From assembly GCA_020341875.1 (NCBI GenBank), contig CP070839.1, positions 2,253,300 to 2,288,713 on the forward strand: DNA of 35,414 nt. Direction: 5' to 3'. Below are positions 1-9,134 of this stretch, one piece after another. This DNA comes from Candidatus Zixiibacteriota bacterium. GTDB taxonomy: Bacteria; Zixibacteria; MSB-5A5; SM1-73. The notes under the pieces are model-generated. The model was given only the letters and a program-made list of their open reading frames with translations, searched no databases and was not told the DNA's origin. Within the stretch, counting starts at the first letter, position 1. The number at the start of each line of letters is the position of its first letter. The position numbers and the translations under genes were made by a program.

Positions 1-407
1 AGACGACCCCAGCGGGTTTGTCTTAAGTCGGCGTAGAACTTCTCGTCCATAGCGAAGCAGAGTATCCGAAACCACGCGGAGTTCTCTTTGGAGCTTTCCG
101 GGGTTTTCCGTTTCACCGACCGCAGCGGATTTCTCGTCCCCTGGGAAGGCAGTCCCTCCGTCTGAGGATGAGACCCGTTTTGCCCCCGGAGGAATCCAAC
201 CCTGCCATTTCCTTGAGGTTTTCGGTCATGCTTTTCACAAATGTTCCGATATAGAGAATGAGAGCAAGCTGTGGCAGCAAAACAAGAATCAGAAGATCTA
301 GGTTGATCGCATTGGTCGAGACGATTACAGAGCCTTTTTGAGTAACGGAACGGCGTAATTAGTCGTAGGAAAGTTGCAGTAAGTTTTTGGCTGGTTTGAG
401 GTCTTCA

Positions 408-447
408 ATCCACGAAAACTTAGTCTGGATTTTCGTGGATTTTTTTC
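408..447 (+). terminator. Rho-independent terminator-like hairpin with no recognisable upstream gene (orphan)
   Basis: Perfect 11-bp stem ATCCACGAAAA (408-418) / TTTTCGTGGAT (430-440) with an 11-nt loop, followed by TTTTTT (441-446). No + strand ORF of 60 aa or more lies upstream of it. Confidence 0.6.
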
Positions 448-567
448 TACCGCAAAGCGAGAAAAAGAGAGACTCCAGTCGGCACGGTCGTGATAAAGGT
501 GACTTCAACGTAACTGGACAAAGCTGTAACCCAAAATCTTAAGTATTACGAAAGGTGGTGAAAAGGT

Positions 568-771
568 TTGGCAAATGGCAAGGTAAAATGGTTCAATGAT
601 GCCAAGGGATTTGGCTTCATAGAACAAGAGGAAGGCGGTAAGGACGTCTTCGTTCACTTCTCCGCCATCAGCGAGGAAGGGTTTAAAACCCTGAGAGAAG
701 GGGACGAGGTCAGCTTCGACATCGTTGAAGGGCCCAAGGGTCCTCAGGCCACCAACGTGGTGAGAGTATAG
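568..771 (+). CDS. cspA: Cold-shock protein, CspA family (single cold-shock domain, 67 aa)
   Basis: [14 protein letters not shown] (RNP1-like) and VFVHFSAI (RNP2-like) motifs. TTG start at 568 preceded by AAAGGTGGTG (551-560). Confidence 0.93.
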   Translation: MANGKVKWFNDAKGFGFIEQEEGGKDVFVHFSAISEEGFKTLREGDEVSFDIVEGPKGPQATNVVRV

Positions 772-826
772 AAGAGTCGTCCGCTGGTTGTCCACAATCT
801 TTCAGGACGACCCGCAATACCTCAAA

Positions 827-865
827 GCCCCGGGGAGTTCTGCTGTAGCTCCTCGGGGCTTTCAG
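827..865. terminator. Hairpin between the convergent csp and PBP1A genes (possible bidirectional terminator)
   Basis: GCCCCGGGGAG (827-837) pairs with CTCCTCGGGGC (849-859) with one mismatch. Short T/A-rich tails on both sides. Confidence 0.5.
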
Positions 866-916
866 TTGTCATGAGACTGCCGTATTATCTTCATCCGACG
901 GGCAGCCCGACGCGCT

Positions 917-3100
917 CTAGAAGAGTATTCCCTCCTTTTTCTCCGGACGTTGCTGTATCTCCTTGAACAGCACCCTGGCGGTCGTGTCCGGAACCTCGTC
1001 GGAAGGGTGCAGATCGCAGATCCCCTCCGGCAGGGTTGCCTGAGTGAAGACGTCGGTCATGATTCTGGGGCACTGGTCCGTGGCCAAAAGCCCGCTTTGC
1101 AGGCAGGTGGTCTTGAAATATACTCCGGGAGGAATCTTGAAATCCTCCACCGGCAAGCTCTCGTGCGCCTTTATCATGAAGTCGGCCCATACCGGGAGGG
1201 CGGTGTGAGCGCCGGTGACGTTCTTGCCTATGACCGTCTTGTCGTCGTACCCTATCCACACTCCCGCGGTGATCTGACGGGTAAACCCGGTGAACCAATT
1301 GTCCATGCAGAAGTCAGAGGTTCCGGTTTTTCCGCCGGCCGGGTGGGTGAACCCCCTGGCCCTGGCTCCGAATCCTGTGCCCCGGTTAATTACCGACCCG
1401 AGCATGGTGGTCATGACGTAGGCCGTCTGCGCGGAGAGCACCTCCTCCCTTCTGGAGAATTCTTTCTCTTCTAAGATCTTCCCATAACGATCGGTTATCT
1501 TGAGAACGTATTTCGGCTCCACTCTTATCCCCCCGTTGGGAAAGACCGAAAACGCCGTCACCATTTCCCATAAGGTCACCTCGGACGAGCCCAAAGCAAG
1601 GGAGGGATACGGCGCCAGCCGGGAACTTATGCCCATGTGGGAGGCAAAGAAGATGGTCTGCTGGGGAGTGACCTTCTGTATCAACTTGGCGGAGATCACG
1701 TTTATCGATTTGGCCAAAGCTTCCCTCAAGGTTACCGGACCGCGGAAGATTTCATCGAAGTTCTCGGGACTCCATTCCTTGCCATCCTCGCCGGTTAAAA
1801 TTATGGGGATGTCGTACATGATGTCGGTGGGCCTGGAACCGTTGTCAATCGCCGCGGTATAGACGAACGGTTTGAAACCGGAACCGGGCTGCCGAAGGGC
1901 CTGCACCGCTCGATTGAACTTGCTTTGGCGAAAGTCCTTTCCTCCGATCAGGACCAGGATGTTGCCGTTCGAGTTGTCTAAGGCCACCGTGGCCCCCTGA
2001 ATCTGCTTGTACTCTCGCTTGGTGACCGGTTCCTCCCCGGTTGAGTCGATCACCTCCAGGGTGTAATTGGTATCTGTCAAGGCCCGGGTCCGCTCCATGG
2101 CCATCTGACGGGCGTCCAACTCCCCCGAGAGGAGCTCCTCCGCCGTCTTCTGCAATTCCAGATTCAGCGTGGTGTAAACCGACAGTCCTTCCCGGTAGAG
2201 CACGTCCTCCCCGTACTTCCTCTCTAGATAGCGTCTCACCATCTCGGTGAAATACGGTGCCTCGCCCACAGGTGCGGAGGCGGGATCAACCTCCAGAGGC
2301 AGGCTCCTCAGCGAATCCGCTAACTCAGCGGATATTCTGCCGAAGTCCTTCATAGACCGCAAAACGATGTTTCTTCTTCTCAGCGCCAGATCCGGATGCT
2401 TGATGGGCGAGTATCGGCTTGGATTCTTGGGGATGCCTACCAGTATGGCACAATCGGAGATATTCAGATCCTCTATGTTCTTACTGAAATAAAGCTGTGC
2501 CGCGGCTTCCACTCCGTATGCTCCGCTGCCAAAATAACACTGGTTTAGATACATCTCCAGGATCTCTTCCTTGGTGTAGTTTCTCTCGATCTTGATCGCG
2601 GTCAGTATCTCTTTTATCTTGCGAGCAATGGTCCTCTCCGGCGTGAGAAACAGAGTTCGGGCCAACTGCTGGGTGATGGTGCTGGTTGCCTTAATCCGTT
2701 CTCCGGACCAGAAGCCGTACCACACGGCGCGGCACATGGACAAAATACTTGCTCCCCAGTGATCGAAAAACCGTCGATCCTCCGTGGCCAGGAGAGCATC
2801 TATTAGATGGGGAGGCATCCTTTTCAGAGGCGTCAGTATGCGACGCTCGGTGAAGTACTCCTTGATCACCGTACTGTCGGCCGCATAGATTTTGGTAACC
2901 AAGCTGGGTTCGATGTTGTGCAGCTGGGACAAAGATGGAAGGTCCTTCTTATACGTATTATAGGTCTTGACAACCGCCACGAAGAAGACAATAACCACCA
3001 AAAGGAGTGCCCCGCAGGCGAGAAGAAGCTTCCTCCTCGTGTCCCAAAGCTGCCTTGCCCGTCGCCAGCCGATTCTCAAGAATTCAGTGTTCAGGTTCAT
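917..3100 (-). CDS. mrcA: Bifunctional class A penicillin-binding protein (PBP1A: GT51 transglycosylase + transpeptidase)
   Basis: N-terminal membrane anchor. GT51 motifs EDRRFFDHWG and RKIKE. Transpeptidase motifs SGFK (SxxK), SIN (SxN) and KTGT. Confidence 0.95.
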   Translation of the reverse strand: MNLNTEFLRIGWRRARQLWDTRRKLLLACGALLLVVIVFFVAVVKTYNTYKKDLPSLSQLHNIEPSLVTKIYAADSTVIKEYFTERRILTPLKRMPPHLIDALLATEDRRFFDHWGASILSMCRAVWYGFWSGERIKATSTITQQLARTLFLTPERTIARKIKEILTAIKIERNYTKEEILEMYLNQCYFGSGAYGVEAAAQLYFSKNIEDLNISDCAILVGIPKNPSRYSPIKHPDLALRRRNIVLRSMKDFGRISAELADSLRSLPLEVDPASAPVGEAPYFTEMVRRYLERKYGEDVLYREGLSVYTTLNLELQKTAEELLSGELDARQMAMERTRALTDTNYTLEVIDSTGEEPVTKREYKQIQGATVALDNSNGNILVLIGGKDFRQSKFNRAVQALRQPGSGFKPFVYTAAIDNGSRPTDIMYDIPIILTGEDGKEWSPENFDEIFRGPVTLREALAKSINVISAKLIQKVTPQQTIFFASHMGISSRLAPYPSLALGSSEVTLWEMVTAFSVFPNGGIRVEPKYVLKITDRYGKILEEKEFSRREEVLSAQTAYVMTTMLGSVINRGTGFGARARGFTHPAGGKTGTSDFCMDNWFTGFTRQITAGVWIGYDDKTVIGKNVTGAHTALPVWADFMIKAHESLPVEDFKIPPGVYFKTTCLQSGLLATDQCPRIMTDVFTQATLPEGICDLHPSDEVPDTTARVLFKEIQQRPEKKEGILF

Positions 3101-3288
3101 GATTTCTCGTATGGTGTGACAAGTTCACACTAAGCTACGGGAAGAAACTAAAAGGTATTAGGCAGAAGGTCAAGGAAATTGTGATTTGCCTCCCGACTGA
3201 TATAACCGCGCGCGCGTTTCTCTCACGGTGAGACGTCACGCCTAGATTTTTACCTTGGATTCCTTTTCTTTTTCTTTAGATTACAGCC

Positions 3289-4299
3289 GTGATGAGCGCA
3301 ACGGTGGTCAGGGCCTTCAGGGGCAGAACGATTGAAAGCGTGCACCAGGTGGCGGTCGCAGTGGTGGATTCCTCCGGGAAGCTTCGATACTCCGCGGGCG
3401 ATCCGAATTTCGTGACTTTCCTGAGATCGTCAGCCAAACCCTTCCAAGCCTTGGCCGTGGTGGATTCCGGGGCGGCAGAGGCGTTCGGGCTGACTCAGCA
3501 GGAAATCGCGATTATAGCCGGTTCGCACAATGGAGAGAAGAAGCACGTTAAGGTCGTGCGCGGCATCTTGAAAAAGGTAGGTTTGAACAAAGGCCATCTT
3601 CAGTGTGGCACGCACATTCCGCACCACTACACCGCCTTGGGCATCACCCCGCCCAAGAAACGCTTTTCTTTTCTTCAGCACAACTGCTCCGGGAAACATG
3701 CCGGGATGCTGCTGACGTGCGTCTATGAAGGTTGGAATGTGAAGAACTACCTTAATCCCCGTCATCGCGTGCAGAAGCTGATCACAAAGAAGATCTCAGA
3801 TCTCTGTGAGTACCCCGAACGGAAGATAAAGATCGGTATAGAAGGATGCGGAGCACCCACCCACGCTCTTCCCCTGAAGAATATGGCTATTGGATTCTCC
3901 AAGCTGAAAAACTTCCGAGCTAAACTTGAGCGTACCTCGCAGTCACTTCAGGTGGTGGCCGACTCTATGTGGAGATACCCGGATATGATCTCCGGAAGGG
4001 GAAGGCTGGACTACGATGTGGCCTTGGCGAGCAAGCGGAATATCCAGGCCAAGGCAGGGGCCGAAGCTTTGCACTGCGCTTTTGTTTTGGATAAGGGCTA
4101 CGGACTCGCAGTCAAGATCCTGGATGGTTCCAGGAGAGCAACTGGGCCAGCAGCCATGGAGACCTACCGGCAGTTGGGTGTTCTAAACAAGAGCCAGCTG
4201 AGAAACCTGCGGGAATGGGCGCTTCCTTCCGTATTCAATCATCAAGGAAAAAAAGTCGGATTTCTCCGGCCCGACTTCAGGCTCAAGCGGGTAAGATAG
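3289..4299 (+). CDS. Asparaginase-II-like protein (PF06089-type, Rhizobium etli AnsA-like family)
   Basis: 336-aa ORF with family-typical RSSAKPFQA, IAGSHNGE, CSGKHAGML and GCGAPT blocks. Start is GTG 3289 or the adjacent ATG 3292. Confidence 0.75.
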   Translation: MMSATVVRAFRGRTIESVHQVAVAVVDSSGKLRYSAGDPNFVTFLRSSAKPFQALAVVDSGAAEAFGLTQQEIAIIAGSHNGEKKHVKVVRGILKKVGLNKGHLQCGTHIPHHYTALGITPPKKRFSFLQHNCSGKHAGMLLTCVYEGWNVKNYLNPRHRVQKLITKKISDLCEYPERKIKIGIEGCGAPTHALPLKNMAIGFSKLKNFRAKLERTSQSLQVVADSMWRYPDMISGRGRLDYDVALASKRNIQAKAGAEALHCAFVLDKGYGLAVKILDGSRRATGPAAMETYRQLGVLNKSQLRNLREWALPSVFNHQGKKVGFLRPDFRLKRVR

Positions 4300-4365
4300 C
4301 TCCTCAATCGCGCCGCCAATCATCAGATTCGTATTCGTGCTCGGAGCCGCTCGGCACAGAAGAAA

Positions 4366-4399
4366 GCACCCAAGCCTCGGAGGCCTGGGTGCCTTTTTT
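4366..4399. terminator. Bidirectional hairpin terminator (copy 1 of a terminator repeated after each dockerin gene)
   Basis: GCACCCAAGCC (4366-4376) / GGCCTGGGTGC (4382-4392), followed by TTTTTT on the + strand and TTTCTTCT on the - strand. Lies between convergent genes. Confidence 0.65.
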
Positions 4400-4416
4400 C
4401 GTCTTCTCTGGGTCCC

Positions 4417-4959
4417 TCAACAGGCCGGCGGGTCCCCACCTCTATAGAGATAGTTGACCAGGTAGACCACATCTCCCACGTTTACTATCCCGTCGCACGT
4501 GATGTCGCCTGCCTCTAACGGTACAGGTTCTTCTCCGCTTCTGTACAGGTAGTTCACCAGGAAGACTACGTCACCAACGTTGATTATCCCGTCTCCGTTG
4601 ACATCGCCGCGGTCGACCTGCGTCGTATATACGTACCCCGCCTTCGCGCCCCAGCTGGTACTCGCGGAAAGGCCGGCGGGCGACGGCTGCCCGCCGGAGT
4701 TGACTGGAATCCTGTAGCTATCCGACTCCGATTTGCCGCCGAAGCCGCTAATGGCATCCGTCACAAGCCGGTAGCCTTGCTTTGAATCACCCAAAGGGGC
4801 CTTTTGCGGACTACTCCCCTTTGCTGCGCTAATCACAGTTTGGGTCTTTGGCTGTGAATTGGCAGACTGGATCTTGCGGTCGGATCCCGCGTACGCAAGC
4901 AGGACCACCGTCAGAGCCACGACCCCCAGGACAGCCGTTATGAATATCGTCTTTTTCAT
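4417..4959 (-). CDS. Small secreted protein with C-terminal double dockerin (paralog 1)
   Basis: Signal peptide MKKTIFITAVLGVVALTVVLLAYA. Conserved module GYRLVTD..GFGG.SESD.YRIPVNSGGQPS. Two dockerin-type repeats, GDVNGDGIINVGDVVFLVNYLYRSG and GDITCDGIVNVGDVVYLVNYLYRGG. AAGGAG SD. Confidence 0.85.
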   Translation of the reverse strand: MKKTIFITAVLGVVALTVVLLAYAGSDRKIQSANSQPKTQTVISAAKGSSPQKAPLGDSKQGYRLVTDAISGFGGKSESDSYRIPVNSGGQPSPAGLSASTSWGAKAGYVYTTQVDRGDVNGDGIINVGDVVFLVNYLYRSGEEPVPLEAGDITCDGIVNVGDVVYLVNYLYRGGDPPAC

Positions 4960-5057
4960 TGTTCGCTCCTTTGTTAGCCCTCCGGGACAGTTCTTGTTTC
5001 GACTTTGCTCAGGACGGTGAGTCTGTCGAATCGGTTGGCTGTCCCTGAGCGGTCACC

Positions 5058-6611
5058 TCAGCGAAACTTGATGCTGCCATGTTGGTATAAAGAGACTTGT
5101 CCACTCCCGTGAATGCGAATGCCCTTTGACTGATCTCCTCTGCTGAAAAGAAGAGTGTTGTTGGCGCTTGTTCCCTGAAAGTCTATGGAGCCGCCTGATG
5201 TGCTGGTGCAGGTCACGGTCACTCCCGGTAGAAACTGCAGATTGTGACCAGGCTGAAAGGTTGCGCCGTTGCTCTCAGCGTCCTGGTCAAAATAACGATA
5301 GGGAAATGACGGGGGTGAGTATGTCCCGGAAAATGATGATCCCAGCGCGTTCTTTGGCCTGAGGTATATTACCATCATTTGGCTTGGCGTACCCTGGGAT
5401 TCACATATCTCATCCAGAGTATGCCAGTAGTTGCATAGCTGGGTGCTTCCGTCTGGACAATCGCACTCCGCGTCCGGGCCCCATCCAAAGTTCATATGAT
5501 ACTGCTTGGTTCTTCCGATCTCTCGCCACCCGTCACAGACGATGACATGATCCGGCAACCAATCCGTCTGAATGAGGTATAGTATAGGTCGATTCTTATT
5601 TATATCGAACTGTATGTAAGAGAACCATACGTCGGGTGGTATCATGCCACGGGGAAGACACTCAGCATCTGTGTCATATCGGAAATGATCCTCGAATCCA
5701 TCGAGCATGTCTCTGCCAAAAAAATCGTCACAAGGTTCCGCGTAAGACCAGTCGCAATTATACCACATCCCAGCTGCCTCACCAGCTTCATGGCATAACT
5801 CTGCTACCGCATCGATCTGGGCCTGGGTGACTGTATCACCATGTTCGTCCTCGAACCTAAGCTCAAGGGTGTCATAGATATACTGGTCGAGTATGTTGGG
5901 CCAATCATAGTAATCGTTGTATGGGCTGTCCTGCCCATACGGCGGCCAGCTCCAGTAACGCATGATCTGAGCGCCAGCCGTAGCAGTGCAACCCACCAAG
6001 GTATTCGAGTTGTAATCGCCATAATAGTCCCAATCGCAGCCCTCGTCTGGACAATCATCATTATAAGGGGGCTGTTGGTGCCAAGCAGAAGAAAGTAGAA
6101 CTTCGCCTTCCTGGTAGTCCAATCGGTGGAAGTCACCTGCCGCGAGCTGGTCCCACGCGTCTCCATACCTGATGTCAAGAATACTCTCCAGGTCTGAGGT
6201 TCGCACCGACTGGATCGGCCCGATTCTTGTCTCGATCGCTTCTATGATGCCCCCCATACTCGTTTTTAGTATGACTGCGATCCCCAGGTTGGATTCCGGA
6301 TCCAGACAGGCCGTCGATGAGTAAGCCTTGACCGGGGCAAGTTCCCTGCGTAGGGACACCACAATAAAGCCTCTGGGACTCACATGGCAGAAATATCCGA
6401 TCACCTTTTCCCCGTGCTTGAACTCCTCGATTCCGCTGACATAAGCTGTGGTTGATCCTCCCCAGTCTCCTCTCTTCTCGATGATCAGATTCACCCAGTT
6501 CTCCGCAACAGTCTCGACCTCGTTCATGGTCGCCATTTGGGCTTGGATAGGCGATATCATACCGATAAACCCCACCGAGGCGACCAGAATTGTCATAATC
6601 AAGTTTCTCAT
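5058..6611 (-). CDS. Secreted cysteine peptidase, C10 (streptopain/SpeB-like) with N-terminal inhibitor-type propeptide
   Basis: Catalytic-Cys block VGCTATAGAQIMRYW (compare SpeB GCVATATAQIMKYH), His block DHVIVCDGW, and HMNFGWG. The N-terminal region resembles the Spi/I69 propeptide. I prefer ATG 6611, which lies 8 nt after AGGAGG, over the track start GTG 6620. Confidence 0.82.
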   Translation of the reverse strand: MRNLIMTILVASVGFIGMISPIQAQMATMNEVETVAENWVNLIIEKRGDWGGSTTAYVSGIEEFKHGEKVIGYFCHVSPRGFIVVSLRRELAPVKAYSSTACLDPESNLGIAVILKTSMGGIIEAIETRIGPIQSVRTSDLESILDIRYGDAWDQLAAGDFHRLDYQEGEVLLSSAWHQQPPYNDDCPDEGCDWDYYGDYNSNTLVGCTATAGAQIMRYWSWPPYGQDSPYNDYYDWPNILDQYIYDTLELRFEDEHGDTVTQAQIDAVAELCHEAGEAAGMWYNCDWSYAEPCDDFFGRDMLDGFEDHFRYDTDAECLPRGMIPPDVWFSYIQFDINKNRPILYLIQTDWLPDHVIVCDGWREIGRTKQYHMNFGWGPDAECDCPDGSTQLCNYWHTLDEICESQGTPSQMMVIYLRPKNALGSSFSGTYSPPSFPYRYFDQDAESNGATFQPGHNLQFLPGVTVTCTSTSGGSIDFQGTSANNTLLFSRGDQSKGIRIHGSGQVSLYQHGSIKFR

Positions 6612-6626
6612 GATCGTCACCTCCTA

Positions 6627-8567
6627 TTACTGTAGGGTTACCAGGACCAATATCTGTCCCTTTTTGCCCTTTTCCAGCCTTTGCATCGCCTTGCCTAATA
6701 TCGAGCCCTGGGCACGTGCATAATCTGTAACCTTCATAGCATAGCCGGGTGTGGCAGATGTGGTCAAGAGGTCGCCGGGCTGGACTCCTGCTTCTTTGGC
6801 ATCCACGTTGCAGTAGACCCGACCTGCCAGAGCCACGTCAAAGTCGAATTGATCTGCGCCCAGACGCACGCCTGACCCCTGACCGTTTGCTCCGGCCACA
6901 ATGCCTGCAACCTTTTTGTCGTACGGTTGGTCTGAGATCGCCAGTTTACCGGGATTGTCCGGATCGATGATCAAGACTGACCCAGGATCTATCTTCTTGT
7001 CATTGGACACGTCAAATCCCTCGGCGTAATCAAGACCTTCACCCAATTCCATAACCGTGGTTCCACTGTTGTTTCGAATTAGGACTCTACCCCACAAGTC
7101 CGCTGAGTAGCAATCCCCATAGGCTCGGGCCCTAATGCCCGCACCACCGGTCGTATGGCAATCTGCGTACACACCAAAATTCTCGTCACCAAGCACCCCA
7201 GAGTTACCTGTCGCAGGATGGGTGCCGACGATGGCCTGAGTTGGCGACTGGCCATACACGCCGCAAACACTCCCGTACCCGCGGATACCTATGGCACCCT
7301 CACCATAGATAGCAGCGTCAGACACACCATCACCGCCAACACTCAGTCTTGATTGAGGGTTGGTCGTCCCGATGCCGACGTTATCGTTGTTAATCGTAAT
7401 CCCATGACCTGAAGCGTTAGTGATGTCGAACTGGTTCTGCATAGAACTGATGTCATAAACTGACATGTTGCCGCGCACATCCAGCTTCTCTGCGGGGCTG
7501 GTCGTCCCGATGCCCACGTTGCCCGAATCATCAAGATACATCAGAGTAGGGTTCACGCCTTGGTCACTGTCTGTCCCGTACGTTACCCGAAGTCCTTTGC
7601 CACCTCCAGCCGTCTCACGGAGGATGCCCCACTTATCCGCCAGAACTCCAGCTGTTATCTCTCCAAATGTAATTCCGGATCCGAGAGTGCCGCCCTCGTA
7701 GCTGTAAAGCCCGACTATCGCATCATTGTTCTCAACGATAAGCACGTCTGCCGCGAGTGCATCAGGCGACAAGGAGACAGTTGATTCCTGAATGTGCTGC
7801 TTGGACAAAGGTGCCTCCGTCCCGATGCCGACATTGCTCGCACCATGTGTATAGATGGTGCCGTCCTGTTTCACGCTGAGGCGCCCCGTTCCCTGCGTTT
7901 CCAAGATGACGTTACCAGCGCCGGTCGGTGCCGCCACTTTGATGTGACCATTACCGTCTTGAGAGATTTTGCCTGCGGCCGTGTTGGGCGCGCTCAGAAG
8001 CTCGACTCTGGCCCAGTCACCTGCCACCCGTATCCTGTCGTTGACCTCAAGATTCGCCTCGGGGCTGGTGGTCCCGATCCCAACCTGATCTGTATCTGTC
8101 TCCAACCTCACCACACTGCCATCATCCACCCAGCCGCCGCCTCCCCCGGCGCCGTCCGTGCTGCCCGCCCGGTAAGCGTAGGGAACACTCACCATAGGCT
8201 TGAGCGGCGCCATCTCCGGGTCCGATTCCACCTGGACACCAAGGTACTTGACGTTCCCGTCAAACACTGCCGAGGGTATCGTATCTGCTGCCCCCAGGAG
8301 AACATTGAATATCCCGTCTTCCACAATCACCTGCATCTGGGTTTCGCTCCAGTCCGCGGGTGAGCCCAGCGTATCTGGATAAATAGAAAAAGTCATCTGC
8401 ACCGTGTCGTTCACCAGACCTCCTCCGGCATCAGTCAACTTGCCCTGATAATTGATCATGTGGGGGACATCAGCAGATGCGAGAGGGGCGAAGAAAAAGA
8501 CCATCATCCCCGCCAGCACAAAAACAAAGCTTTTGCGAGCAGACGCTCGCCCGTCTGGTCGTGCCAT
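6627..8567 (-). CDS. Secreted tail-fibre-like repeat protein, paralog A
   Basis: Start moved to ATG 8567 (GAAAGGAG SD; MARPDG...SFVFVLAGMMVFFFAPLASA signal). The N-terminal domain DVP.(M/S)INYQGKLT...WSETQ...GIFNVLLG...KYLGVQVE.DPEM.PLKPMV is shared with B and C. Repeated (N/D/Q)VGIGT(T/E).P....L.V motifs are typical of phage-tail-fibre-like proteins. Distinct C-terminal domain (GLDYAEGFDVS...VAGIV...GDLLTTS.TPGYAMK). Confidence 0.85.
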   Translation of the reverse strand: MARPDGRASARKSFVFVLAGMMVFFFAPLASADVPHMINYQGKLTDAGGGLVNDTVQMTFSIYPDTLGSPADWSETQMQVIVEDGIFNVLLGAADTIPSAVFDGNVKYLGVQVESDPEMAPLKPMVSVPYAYRAGSTDGAGGGGGWVDDGSVVRLETDTDQVGIGTTSPEANLEVNDRIRVAGDWARVELLSAPNTAAGKISQDGNGHIKVAAPTGAGNVILETQGTGRLSVKQDGTIYTHGASNVGIGTEAPLSKQHIQESTVSLSPDALAADVLIVENNDAIVGLYSYEGGTLGSGITFGEITAGVLADKWGILRETAGGGKGLRVTYGTDSDQGVNPTLMYLDDSGNVGIGTTSPAEKLDVRGNMSVYDISSMQNQFDITNASGHGITINNDNVGIGTTNPQSRLSVGGDGVSDAAIYGEGAIGIRGYGSVCGVYGQSPTQAIVGTHPATGNSGVLGDENFGVYADCHTTGGAGIRARAYGDCYSADLWGRVLIRNNSGTTVMELGEGLDYAEGFDVSNDKKIDPGSVLIIDPDNPGKLAISDQPYDKKVAGIVAGANGQGSGVRLGADQFDFDVALAGRVYCNVDAKEAGVQPGDLLTTSATPGYAMKVTDYARAQGSILGKAMQRLEKGKKGQILVLVTLQ

Positions 8568-8914
8568 GACGTAGCTCCTTTCTTTAGGACAAAGGTTAGC
8601 CTCCTGCAAAAAAAACATAGCCCCTTTTAGGAAGTCGTTAGCGGTTACTGTGCAGCTTCCACCTCCTTGAAAAGAGTTTTTGCAGTAAAGATCAACGTCT
8701 CAAATAAAATCCCTGCTGCGTGCGTCCAGCGCAAAGACACCCATTCGCTGTCCTGCCTCATCAGCGCAACAAGACAGGCTGACACAAACACAAGATTTCC
8801 TGGTAGTAGTTCTGCCTACAATGTCATCCCCAACGGTGCCCCGCAAAAGACTTCCGGCAAGTCATGGCGAAGCCGACAGAGCCTAAGCTACGTCACCGCA
8901 CAAGCATTGATCGC
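8568..8914 (-). promoter_or_regulatory. Conserved long 5' leader, copy 1 (upstream of fibre A)
   Basis: Shares ordered blocks with the other two leaders. On the RNA strand these are GGCT(C/T)CGCCAT(T/G)ACTTGCCGGAAG, TTGGGGATGACATTGTA(G/A)G(C/G)AGAACTACT (8805-8833), AAGGAGGTGGAA, GACTT(C/T)C..AAAAGGGGC and GGCTAAC. Confidence 0.5.
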
Positions 8915-8920
8915 ATTGGG

Positions 8921-8948
8921 AATATACACTATCAACCGACGAAGTCAA
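8921..8948 (-). promoter_or_regulatory. Sigma70-like promoter of cassette 1
   Basis: Minus strand reads TTGACT (8948-8943), 16-nt spacer, TATATT (8926-8921). The same hexamers and spacing occur in all three cassettes. Confidence 0.6.
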
Positions 8949-9070
8949 GGTTAATCGTTGACGGGAAGCACGAGACAACTCATTCCGCCATCCGCATACT
9001 TTGCCAACCGTCAAGTTCCGATTCACCCTCTGACCTCAGATAACCGCACACGATGAATTCGCCTGATGAT

Positions 9071-9104
9071 AAAAAAAGCACCCAAGCCTCGGAGTCCTGG
9101 GTGC
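9071..9104 (-). terminator. Rho-independent terminator after dockerin paralog 2
   Basis: Minus-strand RNA GCACCCAGG...CUUGGGUGC (9-bp stem including one G-U pair) followed by a run of 7 U (9077-9071). Confidence 0.7.
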
Positions 9105-9134
9105 CTTCTTTTCATCCTCCTTAATCTGGATGCA

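Noticed and set aside
1-240. Several minus-strand frames are open at the left edge. One possible gene start is ATG at 50-48 (MDEKFYADLRQTRWG...) and another is GTG at 75-73. There is also a 38-codon ORF from ATG 229.
   Set aside because: The frames are too short and ambiguous, the composition is not convincing and no motif is recognisable. I cannot support a call from what is visible.
3202-3214. A shared 13-mer, ATAACCGCGCGCG, occurs in two promoter-containing intergenic regions (3202-3214 and 28060-28072; the latter is part of the palindrome ACCGCGCGCGGT).
   Set aside because: A single shared 13-mer of low-complexity CG sequence is within chance expectation for all-against-all comparison of 35 kb. 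There is no third copy and no further flanking similarity.
8667-8954. Plus-strand ORFs across the three leaders (8667-8954, 12319-12564, 15231-15620) share a ...SS(A/P)YNVIPN..P.K.SGK peptide.
   Set aside because: The similarity is limited to the conserved nucleotide blocks, and the frame is not kept between copies. Over the same CCACCTCCTT box, copy 1 reads STSL while copies 2 and 3 read HLL. There is no SD and the ends differ. RNA- or DNA-level conservation on the opposite (gene-sense) strand explains it better.
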